From assembly GCF_036365525.1 (NCBI RefSeq), contig NW_027140453.1, positions 496,001 to 560,000 of the forward strand: a stretch of DNA of 64,000 nucleotides. The letters are read 5' to 3'. Position numbers and translations under genes: made by a program. Every line of letters starts with the position of its first letter. Within the stretch, counting starts at the first letter, position 1. The notes under the pieces are model-generated. The model made no database searches. It saw only the letters and a program-made list of their open reading frames with translations, and was not told the origin of the DNA. Of the stretch, positions 52,201 to 64,000 are shown one piece after another. The DNA comes from Heterodontus francisci (lineage: Eukaryota).

Positions 52201-55200
52201 CCCTCAGTCACTGTATCACACTGCCATAGTCGCTGTATCACACTCCCCTCAGTCGCTGTATCATTCTTCCCTCAGTCAGTGTATCACACTTCCCTCAGTC
52301 ACTGTATCACACTCCCTTCAGTCACTGTATTCCACTCCCCTCAGTCCCTGTATCACACTCCCCTCAGTTGCTGCATCACACTCCCCTCAGACACTGTATC
52401 CCAATCTCCTCAGTCACTGTATCCCAATGCGCACAGTCAATACATCACACTCCCTTCAGTCACTAAATCTCACTGCCCTCAGTCACTATGTCCCACTGCC
52501 CTCAGTCACTATGTCCCGCTGCCCTCAGTCACTGCATCCCAATCCCCTCGGTCACTGCATCCCACCCCGCCCCCCTCAGTCACGAGATCCCTCTCCCCTC
52601 AGTCACTGTTTTCCAACTGCCCTCTATCATTGCCCCACACTCCATCATTAAGAGACTGGATGCGTCTCTTGGAATTAGCACTTCAGGCGTCACAGTGTGG
52701 GACTCTGTAATATGATTCCAGTTTATTTGGGTCAGATCTGTTCTCACTCTATTGAGATTGGTTCTCCCTCAATGAATTATCTTTCCTCTGGATTTCTCCT
52801 TGTCCTTTTCCATTGCCAACCTAAACCATATGATACGCTGGTCACTGTCCCCAAATGTTCCCCGGCTGACCCTTAATTCACTTGTCCAACCTCATTTCCC
52901 AGAATTAGATCCAGCAATGCCTCCTTCCTCGTTGGACTGGAAACAAACTGACGTAGGAAATTCTCCTGAACATATTCGAGAAACTCTTGTCCCTCTGTGC
53001 CCTTTACACTATTACTATTCCAGACTATATTCAGATAATTATTGCCCAATGATATATCTACACTTTAACTCTTGCATCTCTTGGTTGCTCTATGCAAATC
53101 TGTTCATCTATATCTTTCCCACTAGTTGTTGGCCTAGAACATACACCCAGAAAGGTCATGGTATTTCTTTCGTTGTTTCACTTTAATCTGATGGATTCTA
53201 TCCTTGGTTCCTCTGCGACATCATCTCCTTCCAGCACTGTAATTCTCCCCTTAAACAATACTGATGCCCCTCCTCCTTTCCTTCCTCCCCTCTCTTTCCT
53301 GAACACCTTGTAGTCAGGAATATTCACTACCCAGTCCTGCCTCTCTTAGAACCAGGACTCGGTTATTGCCACAACAGCATATTTCCACGTGGCTATCTGC
53401 GCCTGCAGCTCAACAACCTTATTTGTGGAGGGCACAAGACCTGGAAGTGTTGTGAACAGTGAGAAGGATAGTGATGGACTTCAAGTGGACTTAGGCAGAC
53501 CTGTGGAATGGGCAGGCAAGTGGCAGATTAAATTTAATGCAGAGAATTGTGAAGTGATGCATTTTGGTCGGAAGAAGGAGGAGAGGCAATATAAAATAAA
53601 GGATACAATTGTAAAGGGGTGCAGGGGCAGAGGGACCTGGGCGTACGTGTGCACAGATCATTGAAGGTGGCAAGACAGGTCGAGAGAGCGGTTAATACTT
53701 AGAAAGGATGTTAAGGTATTCGAGAGGGTGCGGAGATGATTTACAAGAATGTTTCCCAGGATGAGGGACGTCAGTTACTTGGATAGATTGGAGAAGATGG
53801 GGCTGTTCTCCCTGGAGAAGAGAAGATTAAGAGAAGATTTGATCGAGGTTTTCAAAATCACGAGGGATGTGGACAGAGCAGACAGGGAGAAACTGTTCCC
53901 ATTGGTGGGAGAATCCAGAACCAGAGGACACCGGTTTTAGGTGAGTGGTAAAAGTAGCAACAGAGACAGGAAAATCTTTTCACACAGCGAGTGGTTAGGG
54001 TCTGGAATGCACTGCCTGTGAGTGCGCTGGAGGCAGGTTCAATTGAGGCTTTCAAAAGGGAATTGGAAAATTATCATAGGAGAAACAGTCTGCTGGGTGA
54101 TGGGGAAATGGCAGGAGTGCGAGTAGGTGGATTGCTCTGGCAGAGAGCTGGCACGGTGACGATGGGCTGAATGGCCTCTTTCTGTGCTGTAACCAGTCTC
54201 TGATTCCATCTTTCTGTAATTATAATCCGGCACGGCAGATACCTGGGGTTCCAGAGCCCACTGGGATAGAGGATGAAACCTCAGTGGATTCTCCAGTCGA
54301 TTGTTCCTCGGATTCCTGAGTTTGGGAAGTCATGGGCTCTGTAATAAAGGGAGGGAAACATTGCAGAGTGAGAGATGGAGAAAAACACAACATTTCAACA
54401 GGATGGTACTAGTGTCAGGAGAAAGTGAGATATCAATCTTTATAAATCCATCATCTTCCATCCTGATCACGACATTACTGTTTCCCGCTCCACTCAGTCA
54501 CTGTATCCCACTCCCCTCAGTCGCTGTGTCCCATGCCCCTCCGTCGCTGTATCCCACTCCCTTCAGTCGCTGTATCCCACTCCCCTCAGTCGCTGTATCC
54601 CACTCCCCTCAGTCACTGTATCCCACTCCCCTCAGTCACTGTATCACTCTCCCCTCAGTCACTGTGTTACACTCCCCTCAGCCTGTGTAACCCACAACCC
54701 TCGGTCTCTACATTCCACTCCCCTCAGTCACTGCATCCCACTCCCATAGGTCACTACATCCCACTCAGCTCCGTTAGTCTATCCCACTCCCCTCAGTCAC
54801 TGCATCCCACCTCCCTCTGTCACTACATCCCACTACTCTCAGGCTCTAACTCGCACTCCCACTTCCCTCAGTCACAACATCCCACTCCCTCAGTCAGGCC
54901 ATCGCACTGCCCTCAGTCACGGCATCCCAAGCCCCTCCGTCACTGCCTCCCACTCTCCCTCACTCTCTGGATCTAATATCAGTCACAGTATTCCACTCCC
55001 CTCATTCACTACAACTCACTCCCCTCAAACCTTTCACACAACTCCGCTCAGCCACTCCATCCCAGTCCCCTCAGTCATTGCATTCCATTCACCTCCATCA
55101 GCCTATCCCACTCTTCTCAGTCATTACACCCCACCATCCTCTGCCATTACATTGCACTCCCCTTAGTCACTACATCCCACTCCCCTCAGTCAATGCATCC

Positions 55201-58200
55201 CACTCCCCTCAGTCAATGCATCCCACTGCCCTCAGTCACTGTGAGTGAGAGATAACGTGTGAGAGTTAGAGACAGTGAGAATGGGAGACAGAGTGAAAGA
55301 GGGCAACAGAGGGAGAGAAAAATGAGAAGAAAGAGAGCGATAGAAAATGTGAGAGATCAAGAAAGAGTCCGAGAGTGAGAGCAACAGATACAGACAGCGA
55401 GAGAAGAAGCGAAATGGGGAGAGCAGTGAGTTACAGAGATAAAGAGAGAGACAGAGGGAAAACGAAATTGTCAGATAGAGATAGACAGAGACTAAGTGAA
55501 AATGGCAGACAGAGAGAGAGAGCAAATATAGAGATATAAAGAGAAAGATACACAGAGAGCAAAAGAGATACTGACAGGAAGTGCAGAAAGAGGCAGTGGG
55601 AGAGGAGGGTGGAGAGAGAGGGATAGAAAATAAAACAGTCACAAGTAAATCCAGTGGTGATTTCAGAGGAAGCCTCTTTACTGAAAAGTGCATCACAGCC
55701 CTAGACTCATACAATTATACAGCATGGAAACAGGCCCTTCGGCCCATCGTGTCCATGCTGATCATCAAGCACGTCGCTATTCTAATCCCATTTTCCAGCA
55801 CTTGGCCCGTAATCATGTATGCTGCGGCGTTTCAAGTGCTTATCTACATACTTATTAAATGTTGTGAGGGTTCATGCCTCTACCACCTCTTCAGACAGTG
55901 TGTTCCAGATTCCAACCACCCTCAGGGTGAAAATCTGTTTCCTCAAATCGCCTATAAACCTCTTGCCTTTTATCTTAAGTCTATTCCCCCTGTTTACTGA
56001 CCCCTCCGCTAAGGGAAATAGTTTCTTCCAATCTAACCGATCAATGCCCCTTATAATTTTGTATACCTCAATCAGGTCCCCCCTCAGCCTTCTCTGCTCT
56101 AAGGAAAACAACCATAGCCTAGCCAGCCTCTCTTAACAGCTGAAATGCTCCAGCCCAGGCAACCTCCTGGTGAATCTCCTCTGTACCCTCTCCAGTGCAA
56201 TCACATCCTTCCTATAGTGTGATGCCCAGAACTGTACACAGTGCTCCAGCTGTGGCCTAACTAGTGTTTTGTACAGCTCCATCATAACCGCCCTGCTCTT
56301 ATATTCTGTGCCTCGGCTAAGACAGGCAAGTATCCCATATACCTTCCAAACCACATGATCTACCTGTGCTGCTGCCTTCAGTGAACTATGGACAAGTACA
56401 CCAAGGTGTAGTGAGAATGTAGAATTAATCCTGAATTGACCAGGGCAATGAAATTTGAGGTAAATCTGGTTAAACACCTGAAGGAGAAAGGAAAAGAGGG
56501 ATAAGGTTGGATAAAGAGGAGTAGCAAGAGGGGCCGAGTGGCCTCTTACTGTGTGGTAGATTCCATTCACCCAAATCAGGCAGTCAGTGTAAGAATCTAC
56601 CCGTCCTGCTTGATCAACACAAAACTGACACCTGAGGTGAAAGTATCGATTGGGTTAGATGGTGATTTCTCAATGGAGTGTGGAGTTGTTTGCTCCTTGG
56701 TTCTTGAGGTTGTTGAAGTCTCTGGATGTGTAATAAAGGGAAAGAAACATGATGGAGAGCAGGAGTGAGAGGAAGCTCGAACTGGATAGATTAGAGTACA
56801 GTAAATCACAGATGCTCGTCTATATGAAAACCATTGTGAGACAATCCACTGTCCACACTCACCGCATCCCAGTTGGCACAGGAACTGCATTACATTTTCC
56901 CCAGTCATAAAATGTCACTGCCCTCAGTCATTGCATCCCACTCCCCGCAATCACATCTTCTCAATCCCCTTAGTCACTTAATCCCACTCCCCTCAATTAC
57001 ATCATCCCACTCCCCTCCGTCACTGCATCCCACTCCCCTCTGTCACTGCATCCCACTCCCCTCAATTACTTCATCCCACTCCCCTCCTTCACTACATCCC
57101 AATCCCCTCAATTACATCATCCCACCCCCCTTAATCACTGCATGCCACTCCCCGCAGTCTCTACATCCCACTCCCCTCAGTCACTACATCCCACTCCCCT
57201 CAATCACTACATCCCACTCCCCCTCAGTCACCCCATCCCACTCCCCTCAGTCACCCCATTCCACTCCCCTCAGTCGCCCCATCCACTCCCCTCAGTCACT
57301 ACATTCCACTCCCCTCAGTCACTCCATCCCACTTCCCTCAGTAAGAGACTGGATGATCTCCAGGACTGATCTTCTATGATGTAACATTGGGTGTGGAATC
57401 TGTTTCGAATGGGCCCACAAGGGGGGTACCTGATGTTCCAGACACCGCTGGGGTAGACGATGATCCCCTCGTGGATTCTCGAGTTGATTGTTCCTCGGGT
57501 TCCTCAGTTGTGGCAGTCTCTGGATCTGTAATAAAGGAAGAGGGCGGAGAGGAGGAAACCCGAAGAGCTCATGTATTTAGTACTCGAGTCCAGACAGTGT
57601 CAGATTTTCATCTTTATCAAACCCTCGACTATCCAATCTGACTCCTCGTGAACATTGTTTCCTGGAGAGGGAGTGTGAGGTATCCAGCACTGCAGTGGGG
57701 ACCTGACGTGAGCCATGAACACTGCAGGGATCAGAGTGCCTGATAGACAGGGACAGCAGAGTTCAGTTCCCTAGAGTTTCAGTGAAGTACACTTTGTGTT
57801 TCAGACACTTTATTCACTGTGTCCCTTTCAATAAGGAGGGGAGCGAGTAAACTGTCTCATTTCGGTGGGTGACAAAGGACATCCCAGAATCACCCTCTGG
57901 ATGATATAGAAGCATCAATGTACCTGTACAATACGCAGCGAAATGAAACAACGACTTCAACTCATAAACGAAGTAACTGTTGCAGTATTTGATCTTTATC
58001 TCATGGACCTTGTAGCAGTGATTTGTACCCCAGTGTAAACAAACTGTCCGTGTTACTTCCCCCTCTCCCACGCTGGGATGGGAACCTGGAATGAGAATTT
58101 AGAAATATTGAAGAATGTAACCCATGTGAACAGTGCTGGACAGTGAATGTAAATCTGATATTATAAAGGCTGACAGTACCCTGTAACCAGCTTGTAACAT

Positions 58201-61200
58201 GTGTGGAGCAGTGATGATGTGGGACAGCAGTCTCCGGAATCTTCCATCCACCAGAACTGAAATAACAATCACAGAGTCAGTCCCTGAACTGATGGTAAAT
58301 ATTAACTGTTAGAGAGACTGGTACCATCAGATAGTACCAGAAGGTAGGGGAAATCCCTTATTCTGCCCATATTGACGAGATTACCCTGAAATTGTTCCTT
58401 TACATTACCTTTTAAATCGGTACCATCCGAAGTGAAGACCATCATCACACTTCACCTGGCTGGAGCACCGAGTGTCATCACAATCGCTGCTCCTCCAGGG
58501 CTGGTCCAGGACTGTGTGATTTACACACGGGTCAGTGAGTGCAGAGTCTGTGACTGAGTGACAGAAAGATGTTTAATGTTAATATGTGACCTTACATCAG
58601 AACTGGGAAAAGTTCAAGTGACAAGTGAAAGCGAGGAGGATGTGAAGATAAATGGAAGGGATCACACACCCCTCAGTCACTGTATCCCATTCCCCTCAGT
58701 CACTGTATCCCAGTCCCCTCTGTCACTGTATCCCACTCCCCTCTGTCACTGTATCACACTCCCCTCAGCCACAGTATCACACTCCCCTCAGCCACTGTAT
58801 CACACACCCCTCAGTCACTGTATCCCATTCCCCACAGTCACTGTATCACACTCCCCTCAGTCACTGTATCCCATTCCCCTCAGTCACTGCATCCCACTTC
58901 CCTCAGTCTCTGTATCCCACTCCCCTCAGTCACTGTATCACACTCCCCTCAGTCACTGTATCCTACTCCCCTCAGTCACTGCATCCCACTCCCCTCAGCC
59001 ACAGTATCACACACCCCTCAGCCACTGTATCACACTCCCCTCAGTCACTGTATCCCATTCCCCACAGTCACTGTATCACACCACCCTCAGTCACTGTATC
59101 CCACTCCCCTCAGTCACTGCATCCCCCTCCCCTCAGTCACTGCATCCCACTCCCCTCAGTCACTGCATCACACTCCCCTCAGTCACTGGATCCCACTCCA
59201 CTCAGTCACTGGATGCCACTCCCACTCAGTCACTGGATGCCACTCCCCTCAGTCACTGCTTCCCACTCCCCTCAGTCACTGTATCACACTCCCCTCAGTC
59301 ACTGTATCCCACTCCCCCCAGTCACTGTATCCCATTCCCCATAGTCACTGTATCACACTCCCCTCAGTCACTGTATCCCACTCCCCTCAGTCACTGCATC
59401 CCACTACCCTCAGTCACTGTATCCCACTCCCCTCAGTCACTGCTCCTACTACCCTCAATCACTGCATCCCACTTCTCTATGTCACCACACCCAGTCCACC
59501 GAATCACTCTATAACATGCCCTTCATTCACTGCACCTCACTCCCCGCATCTTTACATCCTACACCCCTCAGTTACCACATCCTACTCATCAGTCACTGCA
59601 TCCCACTACCCTCAGTCACTGTATCCCACTCCCATCAGTCACTACATCCTACTCCCCTCAGTCTCGTCATCCCACTCCCCTCAGTCACTGTACCCCACTC
59701 CCCTCAGTTACCACATCCTACTCATCAGTCACTGCATCCCACTTCCCTCAATTACAGCATCCCACTCCCTTCAGTCACTACATCCCACTCCCCTCAGTCA
59801 CTGTATCCCACTCCCTTCAGTCACTACATCCCACTCCCCTCAGTCACTATACCCCACTCCCCTCAGTCACTACATCCCACTACCCTCAGTCACTGTATCC
59901 CACTCCCCTCAGTCACTGTATCCCCCTCCCCTCAGTCGCTACATCCCACTCCCCACATTCACTGCATCCCACTCTCCTCAGTCACTACATCTCATTCCCC
60001 TCAGTCACTACATCCCACTGCCCTCAGTCGCTGCAGCCCACTCCTGACCGAGCTGCTAGTCTGGGACTGCGGCAGGTGATGACAGAACCAACAAGGGGAG
60101 AAAGTATACTTGACGTCATCCTCACCAATCTGCCTGCCACATATCCATCTGCTGATGACAGTATTGGTGGGAGTGACCACCGCACAGTCCTTGTGGAGAC
60201 GAAGTCCCGCCTTCACATTGAGGATACCGTCCATCGTGTTGTGTGGCACTATCACCGTGCTGAATGGGATAGATTCAAACAAGTCTAGCAATGCAACAAT
60301 GGGCATCCATGAGGTGCTGTGGGAACAACAGCAGCAGCAGAAATGTACTCAACCACAATCTGTAACCTCATGGTCCGGTATATCCCCCACTCTATCATGA
60401 CCATCAAGCCAGGAGACCAAACCTGGTTCAATGAAGAGTGCAGGAGGGCATGCAAAGTGCAGCACATGACAGACCTCAAAATGAGGTGTCAGCCTGGTGA
60501 AGCTACAACCCAGGACTATCTGCATGCCAAACAGCAGAAGCAGCATGTGATCGACAGAACTAAGCGATCCGATAACCAACGGATCAGATCTAAGCTCTGC
60601 AGTCCTGCGACATCCAGTCGTGAATGGCAGTAGACAATTAAACAACTAACTGGAGGAGGTGGCCCCACAAACATCCCCATCCTCAATGATCAGGGAGCCC
60701 AGCACATCAGTGCGAAAGATAAGGCTGAAGCATTTGCAAAATTCTTCAGCCAGAAGTGCCGAGTTGATGATACATCTCGGCCTTCTCCTGCAGTCCCAAG
60801 CATCACAGATGCCAGTCTTCAGCCAATTCGATTCACTCCGCTTGATATCAAGAAATGACTGAAGGCACTGGATACTGCAAAGGCTATGGGCCCTGACAAT
60901 ATCGCGGATGTACCTGTGCTCCAGAACTTGTTGCATCCTTAGCCAAGCTGTTCCAGTACAGCTACAACACTGGCATCTACCCTGCAATGTGGAAAACTGC
61001 CCAGGCATGTCCTGTACATAAAAAGCAGGACAAGTCAAAGCAGGGCAAGTTCAACCCACCCAATTACCGTCCCATCAGTCTACTCTCTATCATCAGTAAA
61101 ATGATGGAAGGTGTCGTTGACAGTGCTATCAAGTGGTACTTGCTCAGCAATCGCCTGTTCAGTGATGGTCAGTTTGGGTTCCGCCGGGGTCACTCAGCAC

Positions 61201-62197
61201 CTGACCTCATTACAGTGTGGTTCAAACATGGACAAAAGAGTGGAACTCAAGAGGTGAGGTGAGAGTGACTGCCCTTCACATAGAGTCTGTCAGGATCCTG
61301 CTGCTGTGTCTGATACTCACCAGAAAACCTGAATCTCCTCAATTGCAGACCTGACAGAATACGACCCAGACATGCCAGCCCTCTCTCCAGACAGTGAGCG
61401 TCTGGTTCAGTTCCCTAGAGTTTTAGTGAAGAGTTCACTCTGTTTTACAGATCTTTTATTCACTGTGTCCCTTACAAAAAGGAGGGGAGCGAGTAAACTG
61501 TCTCATTTCTATGGGTGACACGGGACATCCCAGAATCACCCATCTGCACCATAAACAAACAGCAATCTACCTGTACAATAAGCAGCGTTACAGTCGGGTG
61601 TTGGCTTCAACTCATAAACAAAATAACTGCTGCAGTTTATGATCTTTATTTCCTGGGTCCAGTGACAGCGATTTCCAGCCTTGTTAAAACAAACTGTCCT
61701 CGTTACTTCCCCCTGTCTCACACTGGGATGGGAACCTGAAATGAGAGTTTATAAATATTGAAGAATGTAACCCATGTGAACAGTGCTGGACAGTGAATGT
61801 AAATCTGATATTTTTAAGACGGAAATTACCCTGTAACCAGCCTGAGGCACGTGTGGAGCAGTGGCTATCTGGGACAACAGTGTCCGGAATCTTCCATCCA
61901 CCGGAACTGAAACAATAATCACACAGTCAGTCCCTGAACTGATGGTAAATATTAACTGTTAGAGAGACTGGTAACAGCAGATAGTACCAGAAACTGGGGG
62001 AAATCCCTTACTCCTCCCTCATTAACTGATTTACCCAGAATTTGTTCCTTTACATTACCTTTTAAATCTGTACCATCCTTGAGCAAGATTCTGATCACAC
62101 TTCACCTGAACAGAGCACTCAGTCTCATTACAATCGATGCTCCTCCAGGGCTGGTCCAGGACTGAGTGATTTACACACGGGTCAGTGAGTGTGGAGT
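37242..62197 (-). CDS. Multi-exon uromodulin/GP2/OIT3-like D8C-domain protein with mucin-like repeat stalk (5' end not identified)
   Basis: In-phase exon chain with GT-AG sites: 62059-62197, 61830-61906, 61571-61735, (61321-61350), 58409-58547, 58180-58256, 57924-58085, 57430-57525, 54243-54338, 51612-51707, 48869-48964, 46022-46117, 44481-44576, 39023-39082, 38042-38127, 37242-37337 (stop TGA). Confidence 0.75.
40705..40786 (-). pseudogene. Truncated stalk repeat pseudo-exon with in-frame TAA
   Basis: Lacks acceptor and 5' part (interrupted by the 22-bp satellite); ends AGC TAA G|gtat. Confidence 0.7.
44481..57525 (-). CDS. Array of 96-nt phase-1 Ser/Thr/Glu/Pro-rich exons (e.g. EPVTSQTQESEEQSTRESTEVSSSTPAGSGSS); six with intact splice sites
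   Basis: Copies at 57430-57525, 54243-54338, 51612-51707, 48869-48964, 46022-46117, 44481-44576, all tacag|...G|gta. Confidence 0.8.
55700..56405 (-). mobile_element. CR1 LINE 3' fragment
   Basis: LYKTLVRPQLEHCVQFWA, LERVQRRFTR motifs. Confidence 0.9.
56632..56727 (-). pseudogene. Stalk repeat pseudo-exon (acceptor CAG->CAC)
   Basis: 96-nt homologue PETSTTSRTKEQTTPHSIEKSPSNPIDTFTS preceded by ttacac. Confidence 0.65.
57924..58547 (-). CDS. D8C module B (3 exons), tandem duplicate of module A
   Basis: Exons 139/77/162 nt, same phases, near-identical introns; DPCVNHTVLDQPWRS...GWYRFK...GSHPSVGEGEVTRTVC...AAYCT. Confidence 0.9.
60045..61280 (+). mobile_element. LINE ORF2 fragment (endonuclease C-terminus to RT start), between the two D8C modules
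   Basis: EPTRGESILDVILTN, GSDH, PPNYRPISLLSIISKMME, QFGFRRGHS motifs. Confidence 0.9.
61571..62197 (-). CDS. D8C module A (3 exons): DPCVNHSVLDQPWRS...KCDQNLAQGWYRFKSSGGWKIP...CSTRASGWLQGSHPSV..GEVTRTVC...YFVYELKPTPDCNAAYCT
   Basis: Characteristic D8C motifs (DPC-x-N, LD-x-PWRS, CD...GWYRF, GWL-x-G-x-HP, V-x-R-x-VC, YCT); exon sizes 139/77/165. Confidence 0.9.
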
Positions 62198-62599
62198 CTG
62201 TGACTGAGTGACAGAAAGATGTTTAATGTTAATATAAAGTACAGTTAATGTTACACAGCGCCTTGTACCCTCCCAAAATACCAATAATCTCAGTTTCACC
62301 CTCCGCCCTGGTCAAAACCCCCCAGATTAAAGCTGGAAAATGTCCTCCTTCTCTAAACTGGGTTTCCATCTGTCTCCCAGCTCAGCCTCCCCCTCTAACT
62401 CACTGCTCACAGACAGTCCTCCCTATTCTAGATTAACCACCAGCTCTCAGGGAACAGAAAGCAGTAAATATCTCAGCTTCACTTCATCCCAGTAGGAAAG
62501 ATGTAAAGTGGAGGAGGAGCGAGAACTGCCAGGTGGAGCACAAGCGACCCAGTGTGACTGGTGGGTCCTGGAGAGGGAACGTGTAGTCTCAAAACCAAC

Positions 62600-63960
62600 A
62601 ACAACCTGCGTTTATGTCGAGCCTTTGATGTAATAAAATGTCCCAAAGCACTTCATCGGTGTGTTACCATCCCGAACTGACACCGATCCACAGAATCAGC
62701 TGGTCGGGCAGGTGGCCAAATGCTCTGTCAAAGAGGTAGATTTTAAGGAGTGTCTGAAAGGATGAAAGAGAGGTGGAGAGACGGAGAAGTTGAGGGAGAG
62801 AATTCCATAGCGTTAAGCCTCGGCAGGTGAAGGCACAGCTGCCAATGGTGGAAGGGATTCGAATCGGGAATATTCAGGAGGCCTGAATTAGAGGAGCGCA
62901 GAGATCTCCGAGGGTTGTGGGGCTGGAGATGATTTCAGAGGTAGGGAACGGCGAGGTGATAGAAGGATCTGGAAACGATTGTGAGAATATTGAAATCCAG
63001 GCCTTGCTGAACCGGGAGCCAGTGCAGGTCAGTGAGCACGGAGATGAAAGGTGAACGGGACTTGGGCAGTATCATACTGGATGACCAAAATGTACGGAAG
63101 GTGGAATGTGAGAGATCAGCCAGGAGGTCTTTGGAATAGTCAAGTCTAGAGTTACCAAAGAACTGGTAAAGTGTTTGAGCAGCAGTGAAGCTGCAAGAGC
63201 CAAGTCAGGAATACTGTTTCTGATCATCCTTCTCGAATTGTCGGCAGCCTTTGACACAATTCACCACACTATCCATCGCCAACACCTCTCCTTCCATCTC
63301 CAGTTGGGTGGAACTGCTCTGGCCTATTTCCACTCAACCCAGTCTAGTCTCAGCCAGAGAGTCTCCTGCAGTGTCTTCCCTACCCACTCCAGCACTGTTA
63401 CCTCTAGGGTACCCTGAGAATCTATCTTGTCCCTCTCCAATTTCTCATCAGCTTCCGACTGTGCCCAGCTTCTTTCCCTGTAGCCTCCTCATCACAAGGG
63501 CATCCAATTACAACCTCCGTAATATCCACCATCACTGATTTTGCCTCAGCCAATCCTCTACCAAAAACCCTCAACCTTCTAGACAATCAAATCTTCTAAT
63601 CCACTCCTGGCCAGCCTCCCAGCTTCCACTTTCCAGAAGTCAGGTCTCCTCCAACACACTGCTGTTGCATGTTATCTTGCAGAAAGTTTAAGTCACACAT
63701 CACCCCTGTGCTCACTGACACACATTGGTTCACAGCTGCAAACGCCTTTGATGTACAACTTCCATCTTCCTGTTCAAATTCTTTCATGACCTCTCCACCC
63801 TCTCCCACCTCATTTCTGTAATCTTCACCAAATCTCTGTTTCTCTGACCCAAGCCTCCTGTAGAACTTCCCTCCACTCCCTTTCCTCCAGCAGTGTCTGA
63901 TGTGGCTTCAAGATGTCTAGCCTCCTAAACCTTTCTGCCTCTCCACCTCCGTCTGCTCTT
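62600..63960. mobile_element. Decayed L2-clade LINE fragments, both orientations
   Basis: LILLELSAAFDTIHHTI (3175-type RT motif LDLSAAFDT) at ~63220-63280 and L2-like 3' sequences. Confidence 0.65.
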
Positions 63961-64000
63961 TTAAACTAACAGTTAGCCCTCCAATCATCTCCTTCCCTGC

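Larger units (their letters stand above)
40790..60040 (+). repeat. Blocks of 22-bp satellite (CACTCCCCTCAGTCACTGTATC)n filling the introns of the D8C gene
   Basis: Blocks at ~40790-44135, 44715-45680, 46255-48525, 49105-49765, 51850-52645, 54485-55240, 56915-57345, 58660-60030. Confidence 0.95.

Noticed and set aside
40790-60040. Satellite CAGTCACTGTAT resembling an RSS heptamer context
   Set aside because: Reverse complement is TACAGTG, lacking the essential CAC, and there is no nonamer at 12/23 spacing
40763-60079. Many SHSPQSLYHTPLSHC-type ORFs
   Set aside because: Translations of a 22-bp non-triplet satellite in all frames; no splice structure
62395-62500. Possible signal-peptide exon for the D8C gene
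   Set aside because: ATG is followed immediately by a stop and no open hydrophobic frame reaches a donor; the 5' end remains unidentified

Overview
Repeat-rich vertebrate genomic DNA, most likely a cartilaginous fish (shark). This is inferred from the V-SINE/HE1-type SINE, CR1/L2 LINE fragments and the TCR sequences. It is a draft assembly with many N gaps at 3.9-16.7 kb. Two minus-strand loci are present. (1) ~0.9-30.3 kb: a complete but very compact T-cell receptor beta-like rearranging locus. It has two intact leader+V segments with canonical 23-RSS, several V pseudogenes/remnants, one D (non-canonical GGAGGTCAGTATAG, 12/23 RSS), one J (12-RSS, FGGG), and a four-exon C region (Ig domain, Cys hinge, TM, cytoplasmic ...NFD*). 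The C Ig exon carries two +1 G insertions. Two tandem arrays of CTCF-motif ~45-bp repeats lie within the V region, both pointing toward D-J-C. (2) ~37.2-62.2 kb: a multi-exon gene for a UMOD/GP2/OIT3-type D8C-domain protein with two tandem D8C modules, a stalk of repeated 96-nt Ser/Thr/Glu-rich exons amplified along with their intronic CR1 fragments and a 22-bp satellite, and a short C-terminal region with no ZP or TM domain. Its 5' end was not found. Most ORFs in the supplied track are artefacts of simple repeats or LINE fragments.
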